A DNA stretch of 64,000 bases, taken from positions 14,818,001 through 14,882,000 of the forward strand of contig CM060732.1 of the NCBI GenBank assembly GCA_030704615.1. Direction: 5' to 3'. Made by a program: the position numbers and the translations under genes. Within the stretch, counting starts at the first letter, position 1. Each line of letters begins with the position of its first letter. The notes beneath the pieces were generated by a model. It was not told where the DNA came from and ran no database searches. It saw only the letters and a program-made list of their open reading frames with translations. Positions 37,501 through 51,886 of the stretch are shown here, piece by piece. The stretch comes from Takakia lepidozioides. Lineage: Eukaryota > Plantae > Bryophyta.

Positions 37501-40500
37501 TGGTCCTCTCCTTTAGCTATTCTCTTCAGGGAACCAACAACATCAGCGCATAAAATCTCTGATCATGAAAGACATCTATTGTGTTGACATCTCCCGACAC
37601 CCATCCCCTTTGGAGACTTCAGACATGAACTTGTTCAGAACAGACGTTAATTGTTTTTGAAACAGCTCAAGAATTCATTCAGGATCCAATCTGAAACTAC
37701 AACCAGATCATAAATGGTCAACATCAAGAGTGCATGGTGTCATCCCATGATTTAGGCATTGAAAAACCGTAAAAAACTACTCTACACACTGACAGAGATA
37801 TAGTACAGCTATACCTGAAATGAAGAACTGAGAGCAGAAACGGTGTTCCTGGCCCTTGGCCTTAGCAGCTTCCCACCCATCAAAAGCTGCCACTACTGCT
37901 AGGTGGTCGCTGTAGCCACCATACATCGCAGCAAGCTCTTGCCTTGCTGCTACAGCCCGTTTCTTCTGGTCAGGGGCCATGGGCAACACAAACGGTTCCC
38001 GGTAGCCAGCCGCACAAGCCACTGTAAGAGCGGGGTCGAAGCAATTCAACACAATGGCCAGAAGAAGCATCTTGCTTGTTGAGGGGTGGACTGGCAAGGA
38101 GCCCAGCTGCTTTCCAAGATCTGTAAGTCTTTCATCAGGGGTAAGCGCACCAATATCCTGTAGCAGTACCACTGCATTCCGTACTGCTAGACCTAGGGGT
38201 GGGTCAATGGCCTTTTTAATGAAATCCCCAATTCGGCCATGAGGTTCGAGAAGTTTCACCTGAGAAACAGTGAAACAGACAAGACCATCTTGGTTGAGTC
38301 TTAGAACCTGTACTACACTGGTATCATGGTAAGAAGCTCAGTGTACACTTTTGAACAAAGTCACACAATGTTTTCTCATTTCCCCCACAAGGTCATATAT
38401 ACCTTCAATTTCACACTTGGAAGATTAAAGAAGAGAAAAAACAAAACTGTGGCTCAACCTCCGATTTGAGTGGACCTCATGGTTAATAGAACAAAACAAA
38501 CATTCTGTGGTGCAATATTCTGGTTACAGTGGACTTCAGATTCAATGGAATAGTCACACCCAAAAACCACGCTCTGCACACTTCTGTTAACTTTCAATCT
38601 TCAGAGTGCTGACTGCAATCTTATATACTGCTTCCCACCTGAAGGCAAATCTCCTCGAGAGGTGTGCGCTTGATCTCGGGCAGCTGGAAGTCAGCTAGGG
38701 CCTCCATTCGCACTTTGGAAAAGAGATGATAGCAAACTCCAGGGCGACAACGACCCGCACGCCCCTCACGTTGCTTGGCACTAGCTTTAGACACCCAGGC
38801 AGTCTGCGTAAAGAAAACAATTTTAAGACAAATTCTTCCCCCCAACCGCTGTGTCCCCTTCAGGCTTCCAAAACCTTTCATTTATTCTCTACTTCTTTTC
38901 TCTCCCTATAAACTCCAATCCCCATTCTTCCCTATTGTCTATAAATCCGCATATATACATCTCAGATCAGACGCACACAGAGAGGCAGGTGCAAAGTGGC
39001 CACTTTCATGTTGTTTGCCTCTGAATAGTGCTCTAGGAATGCATGGAAGGGTCCTGTGTCGATGATAACTTGAACGACATGAGGTATTCTTTCTAAGGAA
39101 CAGGACAACGATCAAAGCCAGCTCAGAAGTTGTTTGTGGGAAAAGCAATACCACTTACATTTGGTATGAAAGGGGCAAGTCCTAATATGGTAAACATGCC
39201 CTGTTTACACGCCCCCAATGCTTACCTGCAAGGTGGAGACATTGCTATAAGGGTCGTAACTCTTCTCCTTCATTCGCCCACTGTCGATAACGTAAACCAC
39301 ATCATCTATAGTGATTGCAGTCTCTGCAATATTGGTTGCAAGTACAACCTTGCGAATTTCACGGGGCGGCCGTTGGAAGACCTTCCGCTGCTCATTGGAC
39401 GGCACCATGGAATGCAAAGGCAGTAACAAGAACCGGGACGGATCACCAAAGACAGGAGAACTTTGTAAGCGTTCACGAGCCCTGGTAATATCCTCCCACC
39501 CAGGAAGAAACACTAACACTGCCTCTGTGGTGGCTGAGTCGCCCCCTTCTGATGTGCTACATATTTTCTGGAGCAAACGCTCAATCAATGCCACATCTAC
39601 TTCCTCCTGTACATGAGAGAATGGACTAGTCAGGCTTACAATTCTGCTGGAAGCTCTTACTGAATATAATATAACCCTTTGCCAAAGAGGCACCTAACTT
39701 CGGCATATACTGGCAGCCATGTGAATGACTCTAAAACTAGATAGCACCCTCCTGTCACATTCACTCCAGAAGCTACATTAAGGCCCTTATACGCTCACAC
39801 ATTGGAAACGACGTGGCCACAGTAGACAATCCCAGCTCTAATGGATATCAACAGGGGCTTGCATCACCGGCTTCTTTCTTACCTGATCAACTGACATGTG
39901 ATATGTCTCTAATAATGCAGCCTCTGCTGCCACCAAATGCGGCTCCTGCTCCACCCTGTAGTTCTGGAGAAGATCTGCAACTTCTACCTGCCCATACTTT
40001 TTGGCCCAATCAAGTGCCCTACTTCCATCTTGGGAAGTGATTGAGATATCCGCTCCCAGAGATAGCAGCAAAGAGACATCGTCAGCCCGGTCCTTACCAG
40101 CAGCCACCATCAATGCAGTTGCTCCAGTCAATGAGTGCTGGTAGTCACATAGACGTAGACTTGGAAATTCAATGACTGTGTCCATTAGTGTCTCAAAATC
40201 ATTTTCCAGCCATGCAAGGCTCAAAGCTTCATCCATGGTGTCTGCATCCTCTTTAGTGAAGGATCCCAGCCTCCCACCACTAGTGGAGCTACTCTCGGCT
40301 CCATTACTGCTGGGCATCTCCATCAAAGAGAGCACATCTTCCAGGTAATATGATTGCACCTGCAGAAATAAATGACAGATTACCATTCAAATAGTGTTGC
40401 CAGAAACATGAATTATGCCAAGTGTTCTGGAGCAGGGTGAAAACGCATCTTACTGGGTGAGTAAAACCAGGAACACGCACGATTGGGCAGTCATTGAAAT

Positions 40501-43500
40501 AATTTGAAAATAGCTCCGCGTCAAGCGTGGCACTCATAAGAATCTGTTCAAGAGACTTGCAACTATTAGTACAAACAAATAATCTAGAAATCACAACCAT
40601 CACTTGAACCCCTTACTGGAGTGGATGTGCATTCCAGAGAAAACTATTAGATCTCGATGAAATTCAAGCCCACAATAGGTGGTGAGGAAAGCAAGGAGAA
40701 CTGACCAGGCGCAAGTCCGGTCTCAATGGCAGCAAATCCCTGCAAGACAAAATCTTCACATCAGAGGCCGTCAAACGTGCGCATGAAATCTAAACCTGAC
40801 ACAAAGTGGCAAAAGAGCCAACAACTTGTAAGATTTCAACAGCAAGCTCCCACAATCTACTTCCGTAGTTTCAGGAAATTGTCTGTCTTCCATCACAAAA
40901 TTGCTTGAATAGAGGAGGTTTCATCTGCATTCATCATAATCTGCACTATATAATGCAGCACAAAGACACCTATGACTAACCACCTGAAGTATAACAGTGT
41001 ACCTGAGCACAATTAACAAAAAGTCGGCATTTCTATCGCGTTCATGGATCTCATCCTGTATACCACCACAACCAGATACCACAGTAACACAGACATCCTC
41101 AAATCTGCACATTTTCAGATGATGCAGAAACTTCACAAAAGCCAGGCAGATACAGCAACAGTCAACCAACCAGAGGAAGTAGCAGAGCAGAAGACACATG
41201 TCAACCGCTGCATCTTTCCTCCTACAAATGTGTTCATGGGGAGCGAAGAAGAGGAAAGAAGGAACAGACTGAAGAGACCACACCTGCTATGACTCATGAC
41301 ATAGGCCCACCATTAATGGGGGCTTGGAAAAGCTAGGGGATGTTCACAGACAACGCAGTTTAATTGAACAGCTAATACAAGAACCATTCCATTATAGTGG
41401 TTTTCTGTGGCCCGTCCCCTACATTAATTTCAAATCAGTTAACCCAACGCCATGTAGTAAGCACTAATGCAGTCCTTTTCAGGAGCAAAGGAGAGCCCAA
41501 AAATGGGGGGGAGAAAGAGCAGAATGCAGGAGCAGTGGAAACAGCGAACTTACCACAACAATATGGGTAGCATGGAGCCTTGCTGACTCATCCAGATAGT
41601 CTTGATCTCTGCCTACATCTATATCATCTGCTGCTGCTCGGCTTCCAGACCCAACAAGCTTGCGCAGCAGTACTCCATTTGTGCAAAACATAACAGAGGA
41701 ATGTTTTCCACCTTTTGATTCCAATCTTATCTGCCACCCACAGCACAAGCATGCATATATACTGTTTATCTCCTTTGTGCTTAACACCATTGGAAAGGCA
41801 TAGGGTGTACAAAAGCACCTCTCAAAATCTCATCAGCAGATGCAGCTAATAATAACATGGACCATTTCCAATGTTCCCCTGTATGCCTTGGAATTGCAGA
41901 AATTGCCAAAGCACCTCTATTGAGATATCCAATGTCCCAAACCCTGAAGACAATATCAGCAGTTGCAACATGGACCATTTCACACTCAGCAATAAGAACA
42001 GCAGCCCTTGGAATTATAGACTTCCCCATGACTGTTTAATTGTTTACCAAGAAATAACTATATTGGAGGTTGTCTCTCACTGACAAACATTGCATGGTTA
42101 CCTGAGTGACGAATTGAGTTTTGACGTGGTTTCTTATATTTAAGTTCCTTGTCAAACAAATCAAGTTTCAACTTCCTGCTACAAGCAGACAATGTTCACA
42201 TAAATGTAGGAATACTGGACTATATCTTGAAACACAGACAAACTCCAAAGTCTATCCATCACTTTTGCAAGTCCATCTCCTTTCATCCCTCCATTTGAAT
42301 TGAAGGACATTACACATGCCCATGCATATATGAATTTGTAAAAGGAGATGAAAATATCTGAGAAGGACAAGTACATGGAATCTGGGGACACGCACCTGAT
42401 AGCCTACAGTTTCACCAACAGGTTCTCCACGTTCTGCAGCAATGCGTTCAGCAACTGCAAGAAAAACACGACCATTTTTCTAACACGCGGCTTGCTGCCA
42501 CTCAGACTTTCTGGCCAAGAGCCATAGTCATGACTCTGGAATTGACGTATATGTTCCTTGAAAACGTCTAGTCATTTAAGTGGTCTGCCCTTGGATGGAG
42601 CAAGAAGTGAATCTCAATACAGGACTTGTGATCAGGACCAGAAAGGTCATAGAAAGATATCAATGGTTTTCCACCATGGACCATCCAACGCTTCCTAGTC
42701 TACAGGTGAGATAAGGACCACATTGACGAATGGAAGGCCACTAGCTCGCAGTCAGAGGTATCCCATCTGACCCTTCTCTGGCGACTTCAACTGTTGTTGA
42801 GGATGAAGGGTGAGAAATCTCCATACTGCTTCAACCATACTCAACTGAAGCATCCTGGCAGTGGTGCCTACGTTTAGACACAAGAAAGACCAGGGAGAGA
42901 GGGACGTAATGATAAGAATGAGGGAGAAACCAATAACTAGATAATCCGTCTTAAAGGTGACGCAAATAAACAGCCAGTGGGCATGACCGTGGACCTGAAG
43001 TGGCGGATATACGGCGAGGCTGTGTGCAGATAATTCTGCAAGGGTTGCCTTGGTTCCACATGTGATCAAGAATAAATTGTGGCACCTGTATGTAAATCAC
43101 ACCCATGAACATGTTTATAAGAATAATGTAGGGTGGGAAGTCTACATATAAGTTGTTCTGAGATACATGGTACTGGTGTACTACTCTATGACAAGTCAGT
43201 TAATGTTGCACCATAAACTTACAGGTTACAAATATTGCAGTGATTCGATCTTCTAAATGCTGGAGATAACAATTCATAAGCTTACTCTCATAGTAGATGG
43301 CATAAAGTGCTGTAAAGCTAGGTGCTTTCTGTGTCAACAATAAAGACATACTACAATCACACCCAGGTGCTTCAACTCTGAAAATCAATAGAAAGATCAT
43401 AAGCAACCCTACTCCTCTAGCTTGCTATCTCTCAGATGCTGTCCCTCAGTAGACTTCTTCTCTCTCCTACCTGTAGATAAGCTTTCTTAAGAGTGAGACT

Positions 43501-46500
43501 CAGACAGAACTGCCATGATGACTCAATGCCAGACCATCACCATCATGTTTCTTGAGACACACAGCTGCATGTAAAGGTTGCATCAACAAGAGGAACACTT
43601 TTACAAGTTTGAGGTGTTTTGAAGGATTTTGTCTCAAATAGGATAAGGTCCACGAGGGTTACAGACCAAGATGTAAACCTTGAAGGATCCCAGAAGACCA
43701 ACAGATCATGTGCTTGGTTGGCACAAAAAGTGTAGGTAGGTCACTAGACGTACGCTGTATGTGTGTGCATGTAAATAGATGGCAACCAGGTAGGCCACAA
43801 AAATTGTCCTCAGAAAGCTACAAGGCACAGTAATAGATCTAATGATTCACTGCTGATCCAGTCATGCTAGTTACAACTTGTTGAGTTGGGTTTGAAGTCC
43901 CCTGAGGTTAAAGAGACAAGGACAGAAAGCCAACCTGTGTAGTCTTCCCACAGCCTGTCTCACCGGCAATAAGCACCACCTGCGCTGCCATCCAACAAGC
44001 AACCCGTAAATGAAAGAAAATGAAGTTTTGAATCATATGTAGATGCACAATTGCAGATGTGCAATCACCTCTAGCTGCCACCCAGAAAAAGGGAGAGCAC
44101 ATTGCTCAGACATTGGAGATTGTGTAGGTTGCACTCACTACATATCTTGTGGCAATCACAACCAAAATTAGTATCACACGTACACAAGAGCCACTGGATA
44201 AACATACACGTGGTGGAAATGAAGATTATAACTCAAACTGAAGAAGACATGATAATTGGACTTAATCCTGAAAGTTTGACGGGTCTGCAAACTGGTAGCT
44301 ACTTGAATCATTCTGAAATCCATCAAGGCAAAGTCAAACTTACTCCCTCAGAGATCGTCTGTGTTTCTTAGGCCAGAGCAGGCATTCACTAGCAATAACC
44401 TTACTTCCTAAATTCAAGTACTAGACATAACTCTTACAGTAATGCTGTTGAGAGTGACCTCTTATAAGGAGTCCCATATCAAAACAAAGTAACTATTACC
44501 TGATTATTTTCCACAGCTGATGTGATTGCTTTCTTAAAACCGGCGATAGGAAGCCTTGCCCTCTCCTCGGCAATCTGAAATCTTATCACAAAGAAAATCA
44601 TATTTGCAAAAGGAAACCCGAGACAATAGAGAACAAACCATCCAAAAGTATCAGTCATTGATTCCCTACTTGGGTTCAGGGACACCTACTCTTCATTGGG
44701 ACTAGCTTTTGGAAAATAAAAACTTTGACATGACAGCTTCTAAAACATTGAGAAACACCAACCAATTATATATCATTAGAAGGCTCTTCATTGTACCGTT
44801 CTTCTCAATCATGTCTTGACAACTTGTTTTGTTATATATTCAGGTATCTTTTGTAGAATTCAAAGCTTAAAAACTATGAGGACAAAATCTACGTTGTTTT
44901 CTTTGAATATCTGATTCTTATCTTGATAAGTGAACACAATAAAGGAGGAAACTAGTGTGGGAGAGAAAAATGAGGAAGAAGAAGAGGGTTCTTTTACTAT
45001 AGAAGTCCCATCCCCACAAAAGCAAAGCTCTAAGTGTAACCTGACAAAAGTCGGTCCAAAGATCACAACCTGTTGCAGCATTGGCATTTTTCGGAACCGT
45101 GAGGCCAACATTGCAGCTTGCTTTGCAACCTCATCTGGCCCCATGGAGAAGTGGTTCTGGGCACGGGCACCATCACCATTGCTACTGCGAGGATCATTAT
45201 TCCATCTGCCTGAGGCTTTACCTGGAGTTGCTCTACTTGGCGGAGGTTCAGAGTTAGCTGCCTTATTAATAAGTTCGTCTTCAGTGGGAGGGAACCGGGT
45301 GAAAAGGTCACATATTACTTCCTGTGCCTCGGCTGAGAGGGACAGAGGTGTCACTGAGGATTGGCCCTTCCCTTGTTGGTTCCCCGATTTGAACACAGTG
45401 ACACGCCGCTGATCCCCCTTACTGCAAACAAAATTCCAATATCACAACAATACTTCACTCTATGCCATTACGCCCTGCTGTGCAGTGCTTTTCATGAAGC
45501 TTTGGAAGACGAAAGAGGGATCCAGGAAGAGCAGGTACTCATTTGTCAGATCCCTGAGAACATTGCCAAGAAGCACCTCACAGGGGTAGCTCCCCCTGGT
45601 ATATCAAAACCTTCGCAGAGCCAGTTGTGATGTTTCTACCACCAGGTTATAATGCTATGCCAGTCATGCCACGAACTGAAAGGTGGGGCGTGAAGGAAGA
45701 ATGCACAATAGATAAAACACGGCACCCTGCGTTTTAATTCTATGAAAGCTTAAGCCACAAGGATCCAAGCTTACACGCACTACCGTGAGCAAAACCAGTT
45801 GGGTACCAACACCCTGGATGTCTGAACCCAGGTCCTCAACACTTGAAGACATAGTCAGAGAGCCAAGTTCAATTGACATACCCACGACTTTTTGACTTGA
45901 ACCCCATTTTCTTGCAGAAGTCGTGCACTACAGCTCTGTCATGGTTGCTCAAGTCTGCTTCAAAAGTCATCTCTGCAATTACGAGGGCCTAAGCAGTTAG
46001 AACTGCTCCAAGCTTGGCATCCCAACCTCTGTCTTGGTTTCCAATCTCAGTCCTGGTATCCAGAACATCATTGTCTTGGACCCCAGATTGCCATACTATC
46101 TGCTAGGTGGAGCTTTGAGCATCTTTGAGATGCCGTAAGACTCTCACATTGTATCTTCGCCTGCATTTCGAATCACTTAGTTTGAAAGAAAAGACGTACT
46201 CATTGTGAGTTGTGAGATTTCAGTTATCAGGAGTAGGATGGCCAAGCCAACCACGCTGAACATTCTCCCAAAGCTTTATTACGTTGACTCAACAAGTATT
46301 TGCATCTCTTAATTTCAGTGGCAGGAAAAAGCAACCTTTTGTATTACTCGATCGGAATTGCTCCAACCTATCGGCGATGCTGATGCGGTCTGCTTCAGAT
46401 ACCGGCCGTCTGCCTGCTGACATGGCTCCCCTCCCCCTGCCCCTTCCTCCCCTTCCTCCCCCGCCAGCGAAGCCTTGAGCTCCTCGGCCCACTTCTCCAT

Positions 46501-46525
46501 GGTTAGGAAGTCCATGAGCATTCAT
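31517..46525 (-). CDS. DExH-box RNA helicase with R3H, ankyrin, HA2 and OB domains (DExH6/HVT1/NIH-like; YTHDC2 family), multi-exon
   Basis: Exons encode R3H (~45887-45972), [10 protein letters not shown] (~43935-43980), CTQPRRISA (~42995-43086), DEIHER (~41005-41056), MSAT, ankyrin (~39883-40359), [21 protein letters not shown]2 (~37815-38259) and C-terminal exons 31517-32530. GT-AG borders seen. Confidence 0.92.
33103..37015 (-). mobile_element. Tandem pair of RTE/RTEX-like LINE copies (33103-~34555, ~34559-37015) in a helicase intron
   Basis: [31 protein letters not shown] and FADD. TSD TGTGGAAAAGA at 33092-33102 and 37016-37026. Confidence 0.92.
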
Positions 46526-48481
46526 GTCGTCACTCTCTGAATCGCAAGAGAATAATAAAATTCCGTAATCTGTCCTCCGCACGAGGTATCAAGGTATGCT
46601 TTTGAAGCAGGTCCCGATCCAAAACCTCGTGCCAGACTCTTCAATGCCTTCTTCCCAAAAAAAAAAATGTATGCACTCACCCCCGAATCTCACCACTTTC
46701 ACGATGAGACACGTAACAAAATCTCTCACTCCACTTCCAAATTTCCTCTACCACAGGCTTCAAAAGATCACTTCTCCAGTCTTCTCTCACAAGACCTTCG
46801 ATCTCTCTACTTCTCGTACTTAATTCTGTAATGATTTGTGAGCCAAATTGAACGACGTTGCAAACACACACTATAGACTCGGTAACCTCCAGTGAATTGC
46901 TGTTGCACAGGGGCAGTGGGTTAGCTTATGAATGGAACCGTAATCCGTCTTCGACGGCAGTTGTCATCCGCGATAACTTTCTTGAAGTTAGTTCTCATGA
47001 AGATCTCTTCATAACCCATTCATTTCTCTTAACGCACATACTTTTGGAATGGGGGGGTTATGGGCTGGATTGTTCCTGTGGGTCATGCGGTTGCCTTTGG
47101 AGAGATGATTTCCTTTGGCGAGATTGTGTGGGCCCTTACGCACCCTAAGAGGTGAAGTTCGCGCTCAAGTGTTTTTCCGAAATTGAGAATCCGAGGGCAG
47201 GATTAGAAGATATGTGAAAATATGAGAGCAGGAACTTAACCTGTCTTGAAAACACGGCTGCATGACGGCAAACTCTGCCAATGCCTGGGGGAAAAGCTTG
47301 AATGTGAAACTCCACATGTCTGGGGATCAACGAGAGTTGTATTTTCCATTGTGGAAGGCTTATGTGGCATCTAACTCTTCTGGCACTCGATGGGTTTATG
47401 GGGACACTAAATGAGAGGGCCGCGAGTCAACTGAATATCCTTTGATGTAGAGTTGGATGCTTGCAAGTGAGTAAAAATTGGCATGGCAAGGCTCGCAACA
47501 GAGCAACTTAGGAGCCCTGGAAATGGGCGAGGAGGTCCAGGTTGACAGCATGCCTCACCATCAATAACCAACATCACCCAGTCAATGGATGCACATGACA
47601 GACCCAGGTAAAGCAAGACAAAGTTTGCCAGCCCAGTGCTTCCACTTTGATTTCAGTGATCACAATTTCCTCAAGACATTTTCTGTTCCACTGCTCCCAA
47701 GCGCAATTTCCAATCCCCTTGAACAACACCTCTAACCTGTAATGCCATGCATCATCATTTTCAGAGAAGCAATTTCCATCTCTTTTTTTCATTCCTGTGG
47801 GTAGAAGTCCCTCCAGAGCTATCCCTCCAGTGATTTCAGTGACTTAAATTTATTTGATTGTGAACTACCTCTGGCAGAGTTGGATTGCGGAAAGGTACTC
47901 CTACCGGGCTCGTATGAAAACTGTTGAAAGTTAATATTGAAGGATCATGTCCCAGCTGCTGGTTGAAGTGCCAGATTTTACACAAGAATAGTTTGTTGAT
48001 GTGATAGGTTCAACGACAAGTTCTAATTGTGAGACTTACATCCCTATATATCTTACACATCCCTGGATATTATTCTCTTCACCAACAGTGTACACTACTT
48101 TGGAGAAGCGTTTTTCTACTTAGAGGGCAGAGCCATTAAGCAACTCGATCTGTTCGTTTTGGTGCAGGGGAGGCAGCCGCAGAATCTTGATCACCTGCAT
48201 TATCCCACCTGGTCCAGCTGAATCAGATATAAGTATCGAGATATCTCCACACTTACAATTAAAGCCAACCAAAAAAGAGGTATTGAGAAGATCTGATCTG
48301 CGGTTAGAGGCATTTTCAGAAGAGAAACCCAGAAACAAACAGCTAGGAAAAGGGAAACAGAGACAAAAAAAGACAACTTAGAAAGAAAAAGAAGCCAGGA
48401 CAAAATAGACAGCTGAATCAGATATAAAGTGGGAAGTGAAAAAGATAAGATGGTTGCAAGAAATTGATTGCAGTAAAACCA

Positions 48482-50763
48482 CTACCTGCTACTGCGATTC
48501 CCATCTCTGACACTCAGCTTCTGCAACTCGCGCTCGTGCTTTCTCCTCAGCAAGGCAGTCTCCATTTCAATAGCACCAAGGTCTGTCTCCAGCCACCTCT
48601 GAAATGTACCAGAGATCACCCGCCTCTCTGCTTGAGCCCAATCAGATTCAGAATTGCCATGGACCCCCCTCTCACACCTTGATTCATAGATTTGTACTGA
48701 AGTGCCTGTAATTTCCTCCTGTCTCCCGTCTAAAAGCCTCCTTCGTACTTCTGACCAGCACTCCATATAAGGGTGAGCAACTTTGCGAGCAGATTTGACA
48801 TGTCCAACAGCATGATCAACTTCCCTGCCCTTCACAAAAGTTAGGTAGCCAACTACGGTCAATGTTGCCCGATTGATGCCCGCTGTGCAGTGCACATAGA
48901 CCTTCAAGCCTCTTGCAAGTAGCATGTTGAGCATGCGAACTGCGACCGGAAGCATTAACGTCTGGTCTCCATGATCAAAGTCTCGAACAGCCACTCGCTC
49001 TAGCAATATTTCTCGCTCCACCTGTGTGCACGATAGTTGAAGAGTGAGAAAATGATGTAAGGAGAGAAGTTCGGGTACAGAGAATACATGCTCATTGACT
49101 GTTTCCAGTAAAAGTGGACTAGGGAATTTTTCTTCAGAGCATAGTGTGGTCCCCGCACCCCGAGATGGTTACCTTCTTGTAGCTGGCTGCGTGGTTCCAG
49201 CCCACTCGAGTCCATGAACTCGGTCCAGCATTGGCATTGAACTCATGATAGCCAACAATCGGGGTTCATGAATTAAGTGTTGATTAGAAGCTGGATTACC
49301 TCACACTAGAAAGCATGGGGTTGATTCAAGAATTATTGCACCAGGACAGAGAAGGATGTGAATGAATTGCTGGTCACACAGCTAAGGAACGGTGCTGTGA
49401 AGAGAGATGCCAAGTATTAACTGTTCCCTCTGATTTGCCAAAGTCATTGAGAACAGCCAATGACCATCCAACTCCGAGGACTCGGAGTGATTAATTTGGG
49501 ACCTGGTGTAGGAATCATGCTAGAAAACACAAAGTTGATTCCAGTACCTCTGCAGCTCCAGTGTGGGCACAGATGGGACATAGCAACACTACTAAGTAGG
49601 AGTTCTGAAAAGTGTCAATACAGATCCACACGGAGAAGAAGCTGGTCATAGTCTGCGTCAAGTCTCTGGCACAAGCTGACACCATCCATGTCAACGTATC
49701 ATGGAGAGATTAGTGGAGTGGATTGAGATACAATTCTGGAGCCACCAGCTCTCTTCAGAGGACACCTAGGGTGAACATCCATACGCCATTGCCTGTGAGA
49801 TCTACAGCAGCTCCACACTGAGCTTGCCAACCCACCTCTCTTGTCCTGGCAAGAGCTGAGTTATTTCATGGAACATAACACCAGCTGAAAATTCTCTGGG
49901 ACGAACTTCACACAGCACCGCTGGAGTTCGAGGCCTGACTCAGGTTCATCACCTTCCCTGGATGAACCAAATCGCTGACAGGCCATTGACTGCTAGCAAG
50001 AGCACTTCACACCTCCCAGAAATTAGCCCCAGCAGGCTCTCAAACAATCCAAACTCACAATCTACAATCCACACACTATATTCTAAAAATATGCCAACCC
50101 GTTTTCATAACCTTTCTTGGACATTATGAGGTGACCAACGATTACCGCTCTGTTGCGAATGGCGTCGAACGGTATCTTGAGGGCATCGAAACAAAGATCA
50201 CATTGCAGGTTGAGAATCGCATCAATACCAGCTTCCTCCACCAACCTATCAATATCACCGGGGCTCCGGGGACACGATCCCACGAGTATATTGGGTGTGA
50301 TTGCATCCCAGTTCAGTGTCCATTGCCAAGTGAAGGGACCCGCATTCTGTGCCTCTGCTGCCTCACTATTGCGTTTCTCCCACCCATCTTTCTCGGCCTC
50401 GCTCATGGAGGCCCAATCTGTCTGTGCAGTGCAAGCCACATTTCTGCTACTTAACCCAAATTTTTCCCCTAGGCTTAACCGGTAGTCCGAACCAAAACTA
50501 GAGCCAGAGAACATCGACGCATCAGAGACGGAAGCTGCTGGAATTGTTAGTTTGGAACCCCACAGCGATGTACCTGACCTCAAACTCGACGCCGTATAGG
50601 ACATAGAGTATGAAACTGGCGAAGCGTTAGCTGATGACATAGGCAGAAGTTTGAAAGAAAAGCTTGGAGAAGTATGCGAGGAGAAAAAACAAAAGGTGGA
50701 TGGTTGCAACACTGGAGATGTTGTGTACGACACTCGAGACAAAGTTGTCATGGCGACAGCCAT
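48482..50763 (-). CDS. Dual-specificity phosphatase, SEX4/LSF/laforin-like catalytic domain, probable plastid transit peptide (exons ~50146-50763 and 48482-49021)
   Basis: Ser-rich N-terminus; ITPNILVGSCP, ILNLQ, RDFD and the HCTAGINRA signature. Confidence 0.85.
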
Positions 50764-51886
50764 GGCTGTAGGCCGCAGGGAGAGCCAGGAGGTCTACAGT
50801 GTGTGTCGGTCTGACGGTTACACCATGTTTACAAAGAGAACAAGAAGAAAAGAAAGCTGGATTCCACTACCTGCTAGACTAGAAAAGAGAGAAAGACACG
50901 GAGAGAGAGAGACAGAGAGAGCAGTGCCTAGCAAATGTGATCTGCTCATTCCGCTGCTCCCTACGAGGCTCTCCTACCCACTCCATTTTCCAGAGATCTT
51001 CACTGTCCTCAAATCCTCTTCCTCCGTCCGCCTCATCACTCTCTTAATGCTGTCTTGTCTGGTCCGGGAGGAGCTGGGCAGGCTGCATCCACAGAAAAGC
51101 AGGGGAGGAGGTGGCCTCCAATGCGGCAGTGCCATGCTGCCATGGCCCCACCCCTCCACCCTTCCAAGTTCTTGTCAATTTGCTCCCACCGCTGCTTGGG
51201 CAGCATCGGATTGAATCATGCCCTGTATGAAGATGCTTCAGGCATGAATGAAATCTATCGTCATCCGATCGCCATTCATTACTGGGAGTCTCAATCGTCG
51301 GAGAACAAATAAATAAGACTCTGAATTTTCGGGGGGGGGGCGGGGGGACGGATGGCGGAAGCCCTGTTCGGAGCTCCGCATTTCGCGGTGAGTGGCGAGA
51401 AAGGACTTAGAATTTTTCTAAGCTCCGCGGCCTCGCTATCCCCTCCCCCCAACCCTCCCTTCGTGCTACACGTCCCGCAAATAGAATCGCCCTGCTTTGC
51501 TGGCTCACTGCATGATACTGATGTCTTATTTTGCCCACAGTCTGGGAACTGTGAAAGAGGTTCTCCTCTCACTATCAAGGGCCTGATTTGTGAGCTCCTA
51601 GGTGTTTCCCTTCTGAAAATAAATAAAAATGGTTATTTAGTGGTTTAGCTTAGTTGGTTTAGTGTTAATTAGCTTAGGGGCTTGGTTGTTTGTTTGTTCG
51701 TGAGGGTTATTTTTATTTTTTGTTACTTTAGTTATTTTTGTTTGTTTGTTCGTTAGGGTTTATTTTTATTTTTATTTTTATTTTTAAATCTTAGCTAGTT
51801 TTGTTTGTTTGTTAATGTGTTCTATGGTACCATCCCTGTTTTTTTTGCTTCTTTTGAGGTCATGCGTATTTGTTTGCATTGTAGGC